From: a virus
Lineage: Duplodnaviria; Caudoviricetes
Reading direction: 5' to 3' (one strand)
DNA length: 47,435 nt
IMG/VR virus record: IMGVR_UViG_3300010362_000003
Span: 1 to 47,435 of that record
The position numbers were made by a program, and so were the translations under genes. This document shows, in pieces, positions 18,749 to 26,355 of the stretch (within the stretch, counting starts at the first letter, position 1; each line of letters starts with the position of its first letter). The notes beneath the pieces were generated by a model. That model was given only the letters and a program-made list of their open reading frames with translations. It was not told where the DNA came from and did no database searches.

Positions 18749-19246
18749 TTACGGGGCCGTGAACTCGAAGTAGAGCGTCTCCGAAACCTCGCCGTCCGCG
18801 TTCCGGACCTGCACCGCGCACTTCTCGCCGGGAACGCCGCTGTAGTCGACACGGGCGGAGACGCTCGTCGAGTCGTTGAAGGTCGTCACCTGGCGCACAT
18901 CGTCGAACAGAATCTCCGCGCCGTCCTCGAAACCGCTGCCGGTGCAGGTCAGCACCTGCAGCATGCCGAGCGATGCGTCCTGCGAGGCCGGGTTGATCGA
19001 GACGAGGCTCGGACCCGGCGAGGAGGGTGTCTGCGCCTGCGCCGTCCTGCCGATCTGGGCGGTGACCGTCCCGGTCGCCTGCTCCTTGACGTAGAGCGTC
19101 CCCTTGATCAGACCGACCGCGCCGGCGACAAGCACGCAGGCGTCCGACTCATTCGCGGCCCCGCCGATCGCCGTCCCGTCCTCCGTCTCGATCACGAACG
19201 GATGCTGGGTCGACTCGTGCTTGATCGGGTCGAGCGGCTCGCTCAT
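18749..19246 (-). CDS. IPT/TIG (Ig-like) domain protein
   Basis: PSLVSINP..LTCTGSGF..VQVRNADG..FEFT; AGGAGG RBS. Confidence 0.7.
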   Translation of the reverse strand: MSEPLDPIKHESTQHPFVIETEDGTAIGGAANESDACVLVAGAVGLIKGTLYVKEQATGTVTAQIGRTAQAQTPSSPGPSLVSINPASQDASLGMLQVLTCTGSGFEDGAEILFDDVRQVTTFNDSTSVSARVDYSGVPGEKCAVQVRNADGEVSETLYFEFTAP

Positions 19247-19275
19247 CTGGCCTCCTGTCCTATATGTACATATCT

Positions 19276-19416
19276 ATGGGCATCGTGATCGCCGTCGTCG
19301 TCGGTCTCGTCGTCGGAGCCGCCTTGGTCCGCCTCGGCTACATCCAGGGCCGCCGGCACGAGCGCCGCCGCTGGAAGCGGCGCGGCCACTCGATCTGGGA
19401 CCAGGAACGGCGATGA
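19276..19416 (+). CDS. Small membrane protein
   Basis: MGIVIAVVVGLVVGAALVRLGY..; ATGA coupling. Confidence 0.5.
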   Translation: MGIVIAVVVGLVVGAALVRLGYIQGRRHERRRWKRRGHSIWDQERR

Positions 19417-19607
19417 GCGGAAGTACTGATAAGGCCGGAAAGGATGCGTTGCTCGCGCAAGCCCGCGAGCAGTTCGACCGTGCTGTCCCGCCCTACGCCG
19501 GACTAGGGCGCGAGTGCTGCCCCTGGTGCGGAGCGACCGATCACGGCCCTGAGCATGAGTGCCCGCACCTGCCTGAGTACGACGAGCGAGACGCACATGG
19601 CTGGTGA
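19413..19607 (+). CDS. Cassette mini-protein 1 (CPWC..H..C)
   Basis: MSGSTDKAGK..; contains dif-like site 1. Confidence 0.55.
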   Translation: MSGSTDKAGKDALLAQAREQFDRAVPPYAGLGRECCPWCGATDHGPEHECPHLPEYDERDAHGW

Positions 19608-19734
19608 AACGAAACATAAGGCCGGTTATGTCTCACCGCCAAGGCCACCGCAGGGCATCCGCTGCCCACGCTGCGGCTATGTCGAAGTTCGCACGGACGG
19701 CGGCTGCACGAACTGTGGGAAGCCGAAGCGATGA
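19597..19734 (+). CDS. Cassette mini-protein 2 (zinc ribbon)
   Basis: MAGETKHKAGYV..CPRC..CTNC (45 aa, manually read). Confidence 0.55.
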   Translation: MAGETKHKAGYVSPPRPPQGIRCPRCGYVEVRTDGGCTNCGKPKR

Positions 19735-19898
19735 CGCACGATAAGGCCCCTTCTGGTGCGTCGGAGTCGAACCCCAGTAAACGGTCGGCTGACTTCCCGT
19801 GTCCGCGCTGCGGCTCCGAGGAGTGGGAGTACATCGACTACGGCGGCTGCTCCGAGTGCCGTCCTTACGAAGAGCGCGAGCAGGAGGACGACGAGTGA
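19731..19898 (+). CDS. Cassette mini-protein 3 (zinc ribbon)
   Basis: MTHDKAPSG..CPRC..CSEC (55 aa, manually read). Confidence 0.55.
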   Translation: MTHDKAPSGASESNPSKRSADFPCPRCGSEEWEYIDYGGCSECRPYEEREQEDDE

Positions 19899-20092
19899 AC
19901 CAGCCGGAGCCTAACCCCAGAAAGACTCCGCTAGGCGAGCGAGTCGTCAGCGTCGTCCGCTTGCCCGATGGGCGCTGGGCGGCTCGGAACGAGCGCAACA
20001 CGTCAGACCTGACACGCGACGACCTGGCGCAGATAGTCGAGGCGTTCAAGCTCTGGGGTGCGCTGCTCTGGGATCGAGCGAATGCCCGATAA
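19895..20092 (+). CDS. Cassette mini-protein 4
   Basis: MNQPEPNPRK..; its stop is the TAA of the next site. Confidence 0.5.
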   Translation: MNQPEPNPRKTPLGERVVSVVRLPDGRWAARNERNTSDLTRDDLAQIVEAFKLWGALLWDRANAR

Positions 20093-20306
20093 GGCCGGTT
20101 ATGAGTTGCGGGTGACCGCTGCCGAAAGGCTCGCCGGTCAGGGCAACTACTTCGGCGCGTTCAACCTCATATCGCTCGAACTGATGGACGCGAAGGATGA
20201 GATCAACCGCCTTCGCTCAGAGTTGATCGCGGCCAGAGATGAGTATCAGAGGGCGCTGTGGGATCGCGATGACGAAATCGAAAGGCTGAAAGGTGACGCA
20301 CGGTAA
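20082..20306 (+). CDS. Cassette mini-protein 5 (coiled coil)
   Basis: MPDKAGYELR..DEINRLR..; its stop is the TAA of the next site. Confidence 0.6.
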   Translation: MPDKAGYELRVTAAERLAGQGNYFGAFNLISLELMDAKDEINRLRSELIAARDEYQRALWDRDDEIERLKGDAR

Positions 20307-20472
20307 GGCCGATTACCGCGCCGCCGACTGGCCGCACGGCCTTCGTTGCGCCGACTGCAACCGGAAGTTCGTCGAGGGGCAGCCGATCAGCGAACGGCTC
20401 GACAGCTTCATCGGCGACACGCCGGTCGTGGTCCTTGTCTGCGTCGGCTGCGCGATCGGGAAGAGCTCGTGA
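20293..20472 (+). CDS. Cassette mini-protein 6 (CxxC..CxxC)
   Basis: MTHGKADYRAAD..CADC..CVGC (manually read). Confidence 0.55.
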   Translation: MTHGKADYRAADWPHGLRCADCNRKFVEGQPISERLDSFIGDTPVVVLVCVGCAIGKSS

Positions 20473-20672
20473 AACGCGTCATCCACGGCGTCATGACGAT
20501 CACGCACACCGAAACGTTCTGCGGGCGCAGATGGCGGCACGAACCGAACCTGTACGTCGAAACGAAGTGGGAGCGCGTCAGCTGCAAGCAATGCCTCCCC
20601 AAGATCACCGACGAAGAGAACCAACTGCTCGAGCTCGAGCGCGTGCTCGAGCGACTCGGCCTCGACGGATGA
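20469..20672 (+). CDS. Small zinc-binding protein
   Basis: MKRVIHG..FCG..VSCKQC. Confidence 0.55.
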   Translation: MKRVIHGVMTITHTETFCGRRWRHEPNLYVETKWERVSCKQCLPKITDEENQLLELERVLERLGLDG

Positions 20673-20939
20673 TCACTGGCCGCAGGTCTTGCAGAACTCA
20701 CCTTCACGGTGATGCATCCACCTGGGACACAGCTTCTCCACCGGTGTCACCGCGTGCGACATGTTGCCTTTGCCGTTGTCGGCGAGCTCCGTCATCACAC
20801 GCTCCGCGACCGTGACCGGCGCGCTCACGACGACGAGCGCAAGCTCCCGCTCGAGCAACGTGCGCACCCACGGCGAACCACCCTGCGCTTTCACCGCCGC
20901 GTGCAGCTCATCACTCAAACGCACCGTCAACACCGGCAT
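20673..20939 (-). CDS. Ribbon-helix-helix-like protein with C-terminal Cys/His cluster
   Basis: LTVRLSDELHAAVKA..CPRW.HH..CKTC. Confidence 0.55.
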   Translation of the reverse strand: MPVLTVRLSDELHAAVKAQGGSPWVRTLLERELALVVVSAPVTVAERVMTELADNGKGNMSHAVTPVEKLCPRWMHHREGEFCKTCGQ

Positions 20940-20947
20940 CTAGGCAG

Positions 20948-21514
20948 TTGACCTCCCCGAAACGAAACTACGCGCGCGAACACGACCGTGTCGTTGCTGC
21001 GCTCGACGAAGCGTGGCGGCGCATGCAACCAGACAAACAAAACCTTTTGCATTATCTCGACCAGGAGCAGCTGCGGATCAAGCTCGAGCATCTGCGCGCG
21101 CAGCCGAACCACCGCCAGCAGAACGAACAAGAGCTCCGCACCGAACAGCAACAGCACCTGCTCGCGGAACGCGAGCGGCGCTGGGCGCAACAAACATCGA
21201 CGCTCGTGCGCAACTACTATGTCCGCGACGACACGTGGATCAGCGAAGTCCGCGCCCTGTGCATCGAAGCCGGCGTGCACAACCCCACACCGGAACGCTA
21301 CGCAGAACCGCTACCAACAAGACTCGTCGACGCGTACGCCGAACACAGCGGACTTCTGCGCAGCGACGCGCAGCGCGCACTCGACGAAGCCCTCGACCAG
21401 GACCCCGAAGAATGGGAGTACCGCCACGCACCCCTACGCGGACAATGGTGGCTCGGCAAATGGTTCCCAGAACTCCGCCAACCACTCAGCGAAGAAGGCA
21501 TCAGCCGCTGGTGA
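20948..21514 (+). CDS. Hypothetical protein
   Basis: 188-aa ORF in the A/C-skewed region. Confidence 0.55.
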   Translation: MTSPKRNYAREHDRVVAALDEAWRRMQPDKQNLLHYLDQEQLRIKLEHLRAQPNHRQQNEQELRTEQQQHLLAERERRWAQQTSTLVRNYYVRDDTWISEVRALCIEAGVHNPTPERYAEPLPTRLVDAYAEHSGLLRSDAQRALDEALDQDPEEWEYRHAPLRGQWWLGKWFPELRQPLSEEGISRW

Positions 21515-21613
21515 ACCCGAGCCCGAGGCCCCAGCCGGCTGCGGCCAACCGGACCAGAACACCCGTCGCGAAACAGGCCCCGTGAGGAGTTTCACAGGCC
21601 CGGGCTCAGGGCC

Positions 21614-21946
21614 TTAAAACGAGCCGCCACAGCTCGAGCAGCGGCGACCGACATAGTGCAGATCCACGTCGATGCAGCCACGGTCAAACGGCCGCTCAGG
21701 CTCCGTTGCCGTCTGACCCAACCCCTCGAGCTTCGGCTCCAGCGCCACCACGACCTCCTCCGCGACCAGCCGCGCGATCTCCCGCGTCGACCTACCCCTG
21801 ATCTCAGCCTGGATCGCGCGCCGCGTGAACTCACTCACCGTGACGCCCGCGGCCCTCGCCGCGTCCCGCAGCTCCGCCAGCGTCCCCAGCGGCAACCGCA
21901 ACTGCAGCCTGCCTGTACTGCTCTCGTACTCCACCCTGTGCGGCAA
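21614..21946 (-). CDS. Ribbon-helix-helix (CopG/Arc-like) protein
   Basis: RLQLRLP..LRDAARAAGVTVSEFTRRAI. Confidence 0.65.
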   Translation of the reverse strand: MPHRVEYESSTGRLQLRLPLGTLAELRDAARAAGVTVSEFTRRAIQAEIRGRSTREIARLVAEEVVVALEPKLEGLGQTATEPERPFDRGCIDVDLHYVGRRCSSCGGSF

Positions 21947-22152
21947 GCGTACACCCAGAGAGTGTGCGAGTTCTCGCGCCCGGCGGAGCCGCCCCCGTAC
22001 AGGAGGCCCCGGCGTGCGTGCGCGCGTTCGCGGGGGTGGGGGGCGGGCCGGCCCGCCGAAGACTGTGCCCGCGCGCGCGCGCGCGAGAGCTCTCGGCTCG
22101 CTCGCTGCGCTAGTTCTGAGTTAGTCTCGTGCGGCGCTAGCCCGCATGGTTA

Positions 22153-22887
22153 CTAGGGTTCTATGGCTAGTGGTTCGGGCTGGTCCTCGCCTAGCACGCG
22201 GGCTGCTAGCCCTTGCAGGTCTGCCCAACTAAGCGAGCTCACCTCGTGCCCGTCTGCGGGGATCTGGACCTCTAGCGTGGCCGTCTGAATCGGGTATGTG
22301 GCGTCAAGCGCAGCGATGGCCGCATGCTGCCTTTGCAGGGATTTTAGGTCTGGATCGTCTAGCGGCGCGAGTAGCGCGCTAGCGAGCTCGTCTGAGCGCT
22401 CGAATGCGCGCATGCGGGCTATAGCGCGGGGATCATGCCGGCCGGCGTGGGTTACGCCTAGGATCGTGCGCGTATGACGGAGACGAGCTTTACTAGCGTG
22501 TCCCCGCGCGCTCATTGCGCTGTAGTCCGTCATCCCTCCGCCGGCGTGGGCTAAGCAGACTTGATACCTGCGTGTCGCTGTGGCACCGCACCGGTCGCCG
22601 CTTGCGCGTATCACCCTGCAGGCTTTCTCGTCGCCGTATGGCGCTAGCGTCGCGTCTGCGGGGATTCTGTGGCAGGCGGGGACTTCGAGCCCGTGCACGA
22701 GCGTATGAGGCTGTAGGGCTAACCAGGCAAGCGTTCCCGGTCTCGCTTCGAGCTCGTCTGCGGCAGCTGCCGGCGGGTTCGAAGTGTCGTCTGCGGTTTC
22801 GAGCTCGTGCGTGGGATTCTCCGCCGGCGGACTGTCGCGCTGTGCTACGCTTGTCTCGTCAGAACCTTCGAACAAAGGATCTCCCAT
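22153..22887 (-). CDS. Putative terminase small subunit-like protein (C..G.RC..C..H.GG zinc motif); start uncertain
   Basis: CRVIRASGDRCGATATRRYQVCLAHAGGG, a helical body, and adjacency to the skew switch. Confidence 0.45.
   Translation of the reverse strand: MGDPLFEGSDETSVAQRDSPPAENPTHELETADDTSNPPAAAADELEARPGTLAWLALQPHTLVHGLEVPACHRIPADATLAPYGDEKACRVIRASGDRCGATATRRYQVCLAHAGGGMTDYSAMSARGHASKARLRHTRTILGVTHAGRHDPRAIARMRAFERSDELASALLAPLDDPDLKSLQRQHAAIAALDATYPIQTATLEVQIPADGHEVSSLSWADLQGLAARVLGEDQPEPLAIEP
22841..22885 (+). promoter_or_regulatory. Early promoter/leader 1 (extended -10 TGTGCTACGCT, GTCAG, TCGAACAAAGGAT)
   Basis: Same layout recurs at 25150-25197. Confidence 0.6.
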
Positions 22888-23095
22888 GCTTAAGAGTGAT
22901 GTTGTGATTGGCGGAACCTACCGTGTCCGCTGGCACGACGGCTCATTTACGGATGTGCGTGTCACGGGCGAGCACGGCTATACGCCTTATGGCGGTTACC
23001 GTCGCAATGTCCGCTACTCCGCGGTTAACCTCGCAACCGGCCGGCGTGTCGTGATCAAGTCTGCGGCCAAGCTTCGCTGCAGGGTTGACGCGTAA
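22886..23095 (+). CDS. Small early protein (SH3-like beta fold?)
   Basis: MLKSDVVIGGTYRVRW..NLATGRRVVIKSAAKLR; AAAGGA RBS. Confidence 0.65.
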   Translation: MLKSDVVIGGTYRVRWHDGSFTDVRVTGEHGYTPYGGYRRNVRYSAVNLATGRRVVIKSAAKLRCRVDA

Positions 23096-23187
23096 TGAGC
23101 GCCCAAGTTGCCTACATGCTCGCTGTGGGTCCGCCCGTCGCGAGTTACGCGCTGTATCTGTATGTGCGGATGCGGGGGCGGTCCTAG

Positions 23188-23900
23188 TGACCGCTCTCGT
23201 TTCTGAGCTCGTGTCTGTGAGCTCGTGGTCTGTCGCGGAGCTCGAAAACTACATAGGCGGCCAGAACGGTCGCCGCGGGCTTTCTGCTCCTTCCAAGATG
23301 CCATCTTACGGTTACAGCATTCCGGCTAGCCGTTGTATTACGGGTTCGAAGCTTCGTGCTAGCAGTACACCGGCGCGTCCGAACGTGTGCGGTGGTTGTT
23401 ACGCGTTGAAGGGCCGGTACGTGTTCCCGGTCGTGGCGGCGGCTATGGAGAGGCGTTTCCAGGCTTTGGATAAGCCTCTGTGGTGTGAGGCGATCGCGGA
23501 GCTTTTGAACCGTCGCCGGCAGTCTTTCTTTCGCTGGCACGATTCGGGCGACCTGCAGTCTGTCGCGCATTTGGCGCGTATCGTGCGTGTCTGCGAGCTC
23601 ACGCCGCAGGTCCGGCATTGGCTGCCGACTCGCGAATACAAGATCGTCACGGACTACGTATCCGCCGGCGGAGAGATCCCCGCGAATCTAGAGATCCGTA
23701 TGTCCGTTCACATGATCGGCGGCCACGTGCCTACGTTCCCGCGGCTTAAGGGGCTCGTGAGCGTGTCTACGGTCTCTAGCGATGAGGCGACATACCCCGA
23801 GGCGCATCAATGCCCCGCGCCATCACAGGGCGGCATGTGCGGCGACTGTCGCGCCTGCTGGTCCCCTGATGTGCCGCATGTCAACTATCACCTGCACTAG
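23188..23900 (+). CDS. Gp88-like Cys-rich protein (start uncertain)
   Basis: KMP..C..GSKL..C..CYA.KG.Y, RWHDSGD, HWLPTRE, CPA..CGDCRACW, Y.LH. Confidence 0.75.
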
Positions 23901-23924
23901 TCAGAACCAGAGGAGGATTCGACC

Positions 23925-24098
23925 ATGAACGCATACGATCAACTGACAGACCGCGACGACCTGATCGTCGCCAGAGAAGAGCTCGAAGCGCTGGCGGATT
24001 ACGCGCAGAACGACAGCGACAGCGAGCGTTTACTCCACGGCCTGGATACGGCTATCGCGGTGCTTTCGATCCTGATCGATCGGTGCACGGCTGAGTGA
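23925..24098 (+). CDS. Hypothetical early protein
   Basis: MNAYDQLTDR..; GAGGAGG RBS. Confidence 0.65.
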   Translation: MNAYDQLTDRDDLIVAREELEALADYAQNDSDSERLLHGLDTAIAVLSILIDRCTAE

Positions 24099-24178
24099 CA
24101 TTGCGTAGGGCGCGCCTCGGGCGCGCCGCGCGGAATGCCAACCACGTCAGAACCGAACCAGAGAGAGGATTTACAACG

Positions 24179-24415
24179 ATGTCTGAACGTATTACTAACG
24201 CCACCCTCGAAGCGCGCGCGCACAATCTGAACGCGCGCATTGTGACTACTGGCCGGCATGTCCAGGTCGGCTATCGGAACGGCTACGCGGCGCTCGACGA
24301 GTACCGCGGCGCAGACTGCATTCGGACGATCACGGTCGGCACGCGGCGCGAGCTCGCAGACTTTCTGCACGCGATGATGACGGGTATCGATCTGTCGCGG
24401 GAGATGAGCTCATGA
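24179..24415 (+). CDS. Hypothetical early protein
   Basis: MSERITNATLE..; GAGAGGA RBS. Confidence 0.65.
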   Translation: MSERITNATLEARAHNLNARIVTTGRHVQVGYRNGYAALDEYRGADCIRTITVGTRRELADFLHAMMTGIDLSREMSS

Positions 24416-24642
24416 GCCGGCATACGGCGCTCACCTCGAAGCAGCGCGCCTCGTATGTCGCGCTGCTAACGCGGGAACTACAACTCGCCCATCTTGCCTG
24501 GATCTTGGATGATGCGGTCATGGGCGTCGATATGAGCGCCGCGTATGACGTGCTCGCAGACTACGGCCTGAACCCTGACTCGCGCGAGCACCGCGGCATG
24601 CTCGCAGAGGCGATCGCAGCGAACCTGCGGGAGGGTTTCTGA
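24412..24642 (+). CDS. Hypothetical early protein
   Basis: ATGA coupling. Confidence 0.6.
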   Translation: MSRHTALTSKQRASYVALLTRELQLAHLAWILDDAVMGVDMSAAYDVLADYGLNPDSREHRGMLAEAIAANLREGF

Positions 24643-24830
24643 TGTATACGGTCTTTCGCGGTCACGAGCCCAAGCGCAACCGTCTCGGGCTGGTGGTCTT
24701 TGTCCGGACGCTGGCGGATGCACGCGCCCAGACTGAGGTGGGCGAGCGGGTGGTTCGCTGGAATAAGTACGGCCACCCGGCCGGTGTCTGGTCGCGTCAT
24801 CCGGACGGGAGATTTCGCAAGGTTGGCTGA
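24642..24830 (+). CDS. Hypothetical early protein
   Basis: TGATG coupling; GGAGG RBS. Confidence 0.6.
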   Translation: MYTVFRGHEPKRNRLGLVVFVRTLADARAQTEVGERVVRWNKYGHPAGVWSRHPDGRFRKVG

Positions 24831-24850
24831 GCGCTTCGAGCTCTGCCTCT

Positions 24851-24880
24851 GAGAGCCCGCCTTGTGCGGGCTTTCTTCGT
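24851..24880 (+). terminator. Intrinsic terminator
   Basis: GAGAGCCCGC-CTTGT-GCGGGCTTTC then TTCGTT. Confidence 0.75.
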
Positions 24881-25149
24881 TCTACGCGGTCGAGCTCGCG
24901 CGCTCGTCGAGCTCGTGGCTGGCCCCAGGTTCGTGGGCTAGGCGGCCGATGGCCTGACTTGGGTGGAGTGCTCGCGTGCCCTCTGCGGGGCTCCTGTGGC
25001 CTCGAATTCGGGCTCGCCCAAGGTCCGCGGGCTCTGCGGCACCGCAGCTGCAGTCTTCGTCCAGGTCGCAGTCGAGCGCGTGCACGGGTTCGCCGCGGCG
25101 CTCTGCCAGGTTCGTGGGCTGAACCAGGTCCGCGGGCTCTCCGTCACGG

Positions 25150-25197
25150 TGTGCTACACTGGTCGTGTCAGTTCCCATCGAACAAAGGATTCCCCTC
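25150..25197 (+). promoter_or_regulatory. Early promoter/leader 2 (TGTGCTACACT, GTCAG, TCGAACAAAGGAT)
   Basis: Paralogous to 22841-22885. Confidence 0.6.
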
Positions 25198-25476
25198 ATG
25201 CAACAGACCATCATCACCGTCGAGCTCACGCCCGACGAGCTAGAGCTCTTGAAGAGCGCGCTCGACTCGTTCGAGTACTGGGAGCATCGCGACGAGCTCC
25301 CGCACGACAGCGGTTTCATCACGATCATCGACGACCAAGACTTCGAGACGCAGATCACTCTCAGCGGCCGGCTCGACGAGGACGAGATCGAGAGCGCTCA
25401 GGAGGCGTGGGACGAGGTGAAGGCGGCGCGGGCACTCGACGCGAAGCTTTCCGCACTGACGCGCGCGGAATCATGA
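25198..25476 (+). CDS. Hypothetical acidic protein
   Basis: MQQTIITVEL..; AAAGGA RBS. Confidence 0.65.
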   Translation: MQQTIITVELTPDELELLKSALDSFEYWEHRDELPHDSGFITIIDDQDFETQITLSGRLDEDEIESAQEAWDEVKAARALDAKLSALTRAES

Positions 25477-25649
25477 GCGGCCTGCACGAGGAGCTCGAAC
25501 TGGAGCGGCTCGCCCTCGTCGAGCTCGAAGCGGACGCGCTCCGCTACTTCCAGCAGGGAAACTACGCGCTCTGGAGCGACGCGCTGAAAGAGGTCAAGCG
25601 CGCTCGCGCGCACATCGTGGAGCTGGAGCTCGCGCAGGAGGCGTCATGA
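25473..25649 (+). CDS. Hypothetical protein
   Basis: MSGLHEELEL..; ATGA coupling. Confidence 0.6.
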   Translation: MSGLHEELELERLALVELEADALRYFQQGNYALWSDALKEVKRARAHIVELELAQEAS

Positions 25650-25843
25650 GCAAGCGCAGACTGGTCGCGCCGGAGGACCTGCTGGGCCAGCAGGAAATCG
25701 CGGTGCTCGCCGGCGTCAGCTTCTCGACGCTGCGCGCCTGGGTGTCGCGTGGCAAGCTGCCGCCGCCGTTTGTGCGGCTGGGTCTCGGCCCGATCTGGGT
25801 GCGTGCCGATATCGAGCGCTGGCTCGAGGAGCGTGCGTCATGA
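25646..25843 (+). CDS. AlpA/excisionase-like HTH protein
   Basis: LLGQQEIAVLAGVS..W..RGKLPPP..PIW.RADIERW. Confidence 0.8.
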   Translation: MSKRRLVAPEDLLGQQEIAVLAGVSFSTLRAWVSRGKLPPPFVRLGLGPIWVRADIERWLEERAS

Positions 25844-26028
25844 TCGAGATCGACAGCGTCGAGAAGGCGGTGACGTTGGCGCTCGCGCTCGCGGTCACCG
25901 CGCCCGACGAAGAGAAAGCGAAGATGGCGACCAAGATGGCCGAGGAGCTCGCCGTCGGGCTCGACGAGCTCACGGTCGAGCGCTGCAAGCGTGACGCGCT
26001 CCGCCTCGTCGAGGAGTGGGATTCATGA
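25840..26028 (+). CDS. Hypothetical protein
   Basis: ATGA coupling. Confidence 0.6.
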   Translation: MIEIDSVEKAVTLALALAVTAPDEEKAKMATKMAEELAVGLDELTVERCKRDALRLVEEWDS

Positions 26029-26175
26029 GCGTCAGGATCACGCTCACCGACGCCGAGATCAGGCACCTGCTCGCTGCGATCCACGGCGCGATTGATGAGG
26101 CCGAGGACGACGAGGAGACGTGCGCGACGCTTGCGCGCGTCGAACAGAAGATCCGCCGAGCGAGGCGGTCATGAG
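26025..26175 (+). CDS. Hypothetical protein (end approximate)
   Basis: MSVRITLTDAEIRHLL..; ATGA coupling. Confidence 0.5.
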
Positions 26176-26308
26176 CGTCACCGATGTGCTCTACGACCTG
26201 CCGGCGTGGCTGATGATCGCGGCGCTCGCCGGCGGTCTGCTCTCGGCGGTCGTCTACTGGATCTGGATGTTCGTCGCCTGGTTGACCGGGCGAGAATTCA
26301 ATCCGTAG
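26172..26308 (+). CDS. Small membrane protein (start approximate)
   Basis: MSVTDVLYDLPAWLMIAALAGG.. Confidence 0.55.
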
Positions 26309-26355
26309 GTCCGCGGGCTGAGCGGGTGGAGCGCAGGCTTCGCCCGCTTAGTGCC

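Larger units (their letters stand above)
19422..20323 (+). mobile_element. Array of dif-like (TAA-N6-TTA) recombination sites delimiting mini-gene cassettes
   Basis: Sites at 19422, 19609, 19734, 19904, 20082 and 20296, plus a relic at 19761; same orientation and same codon register. Confidence 0.6.
24927..26319 (+). repeat. Dispersed 13-bp asymmetric repeat AGGTYCGYGGGCT (5 copies)
   Basis: Copies at 24927, 25021, 25108, 25126 and 26307; a 1-mismatch copy at 27012. Confidence 0.7.

Noticed and set aside
19422-20323. CRISPR array
   Set aside because: Repeats are degenerate, the spacers are 125-214 bp and coding, and there are no cas genes; the Cas4-like nuclease is a common phage exonuclease
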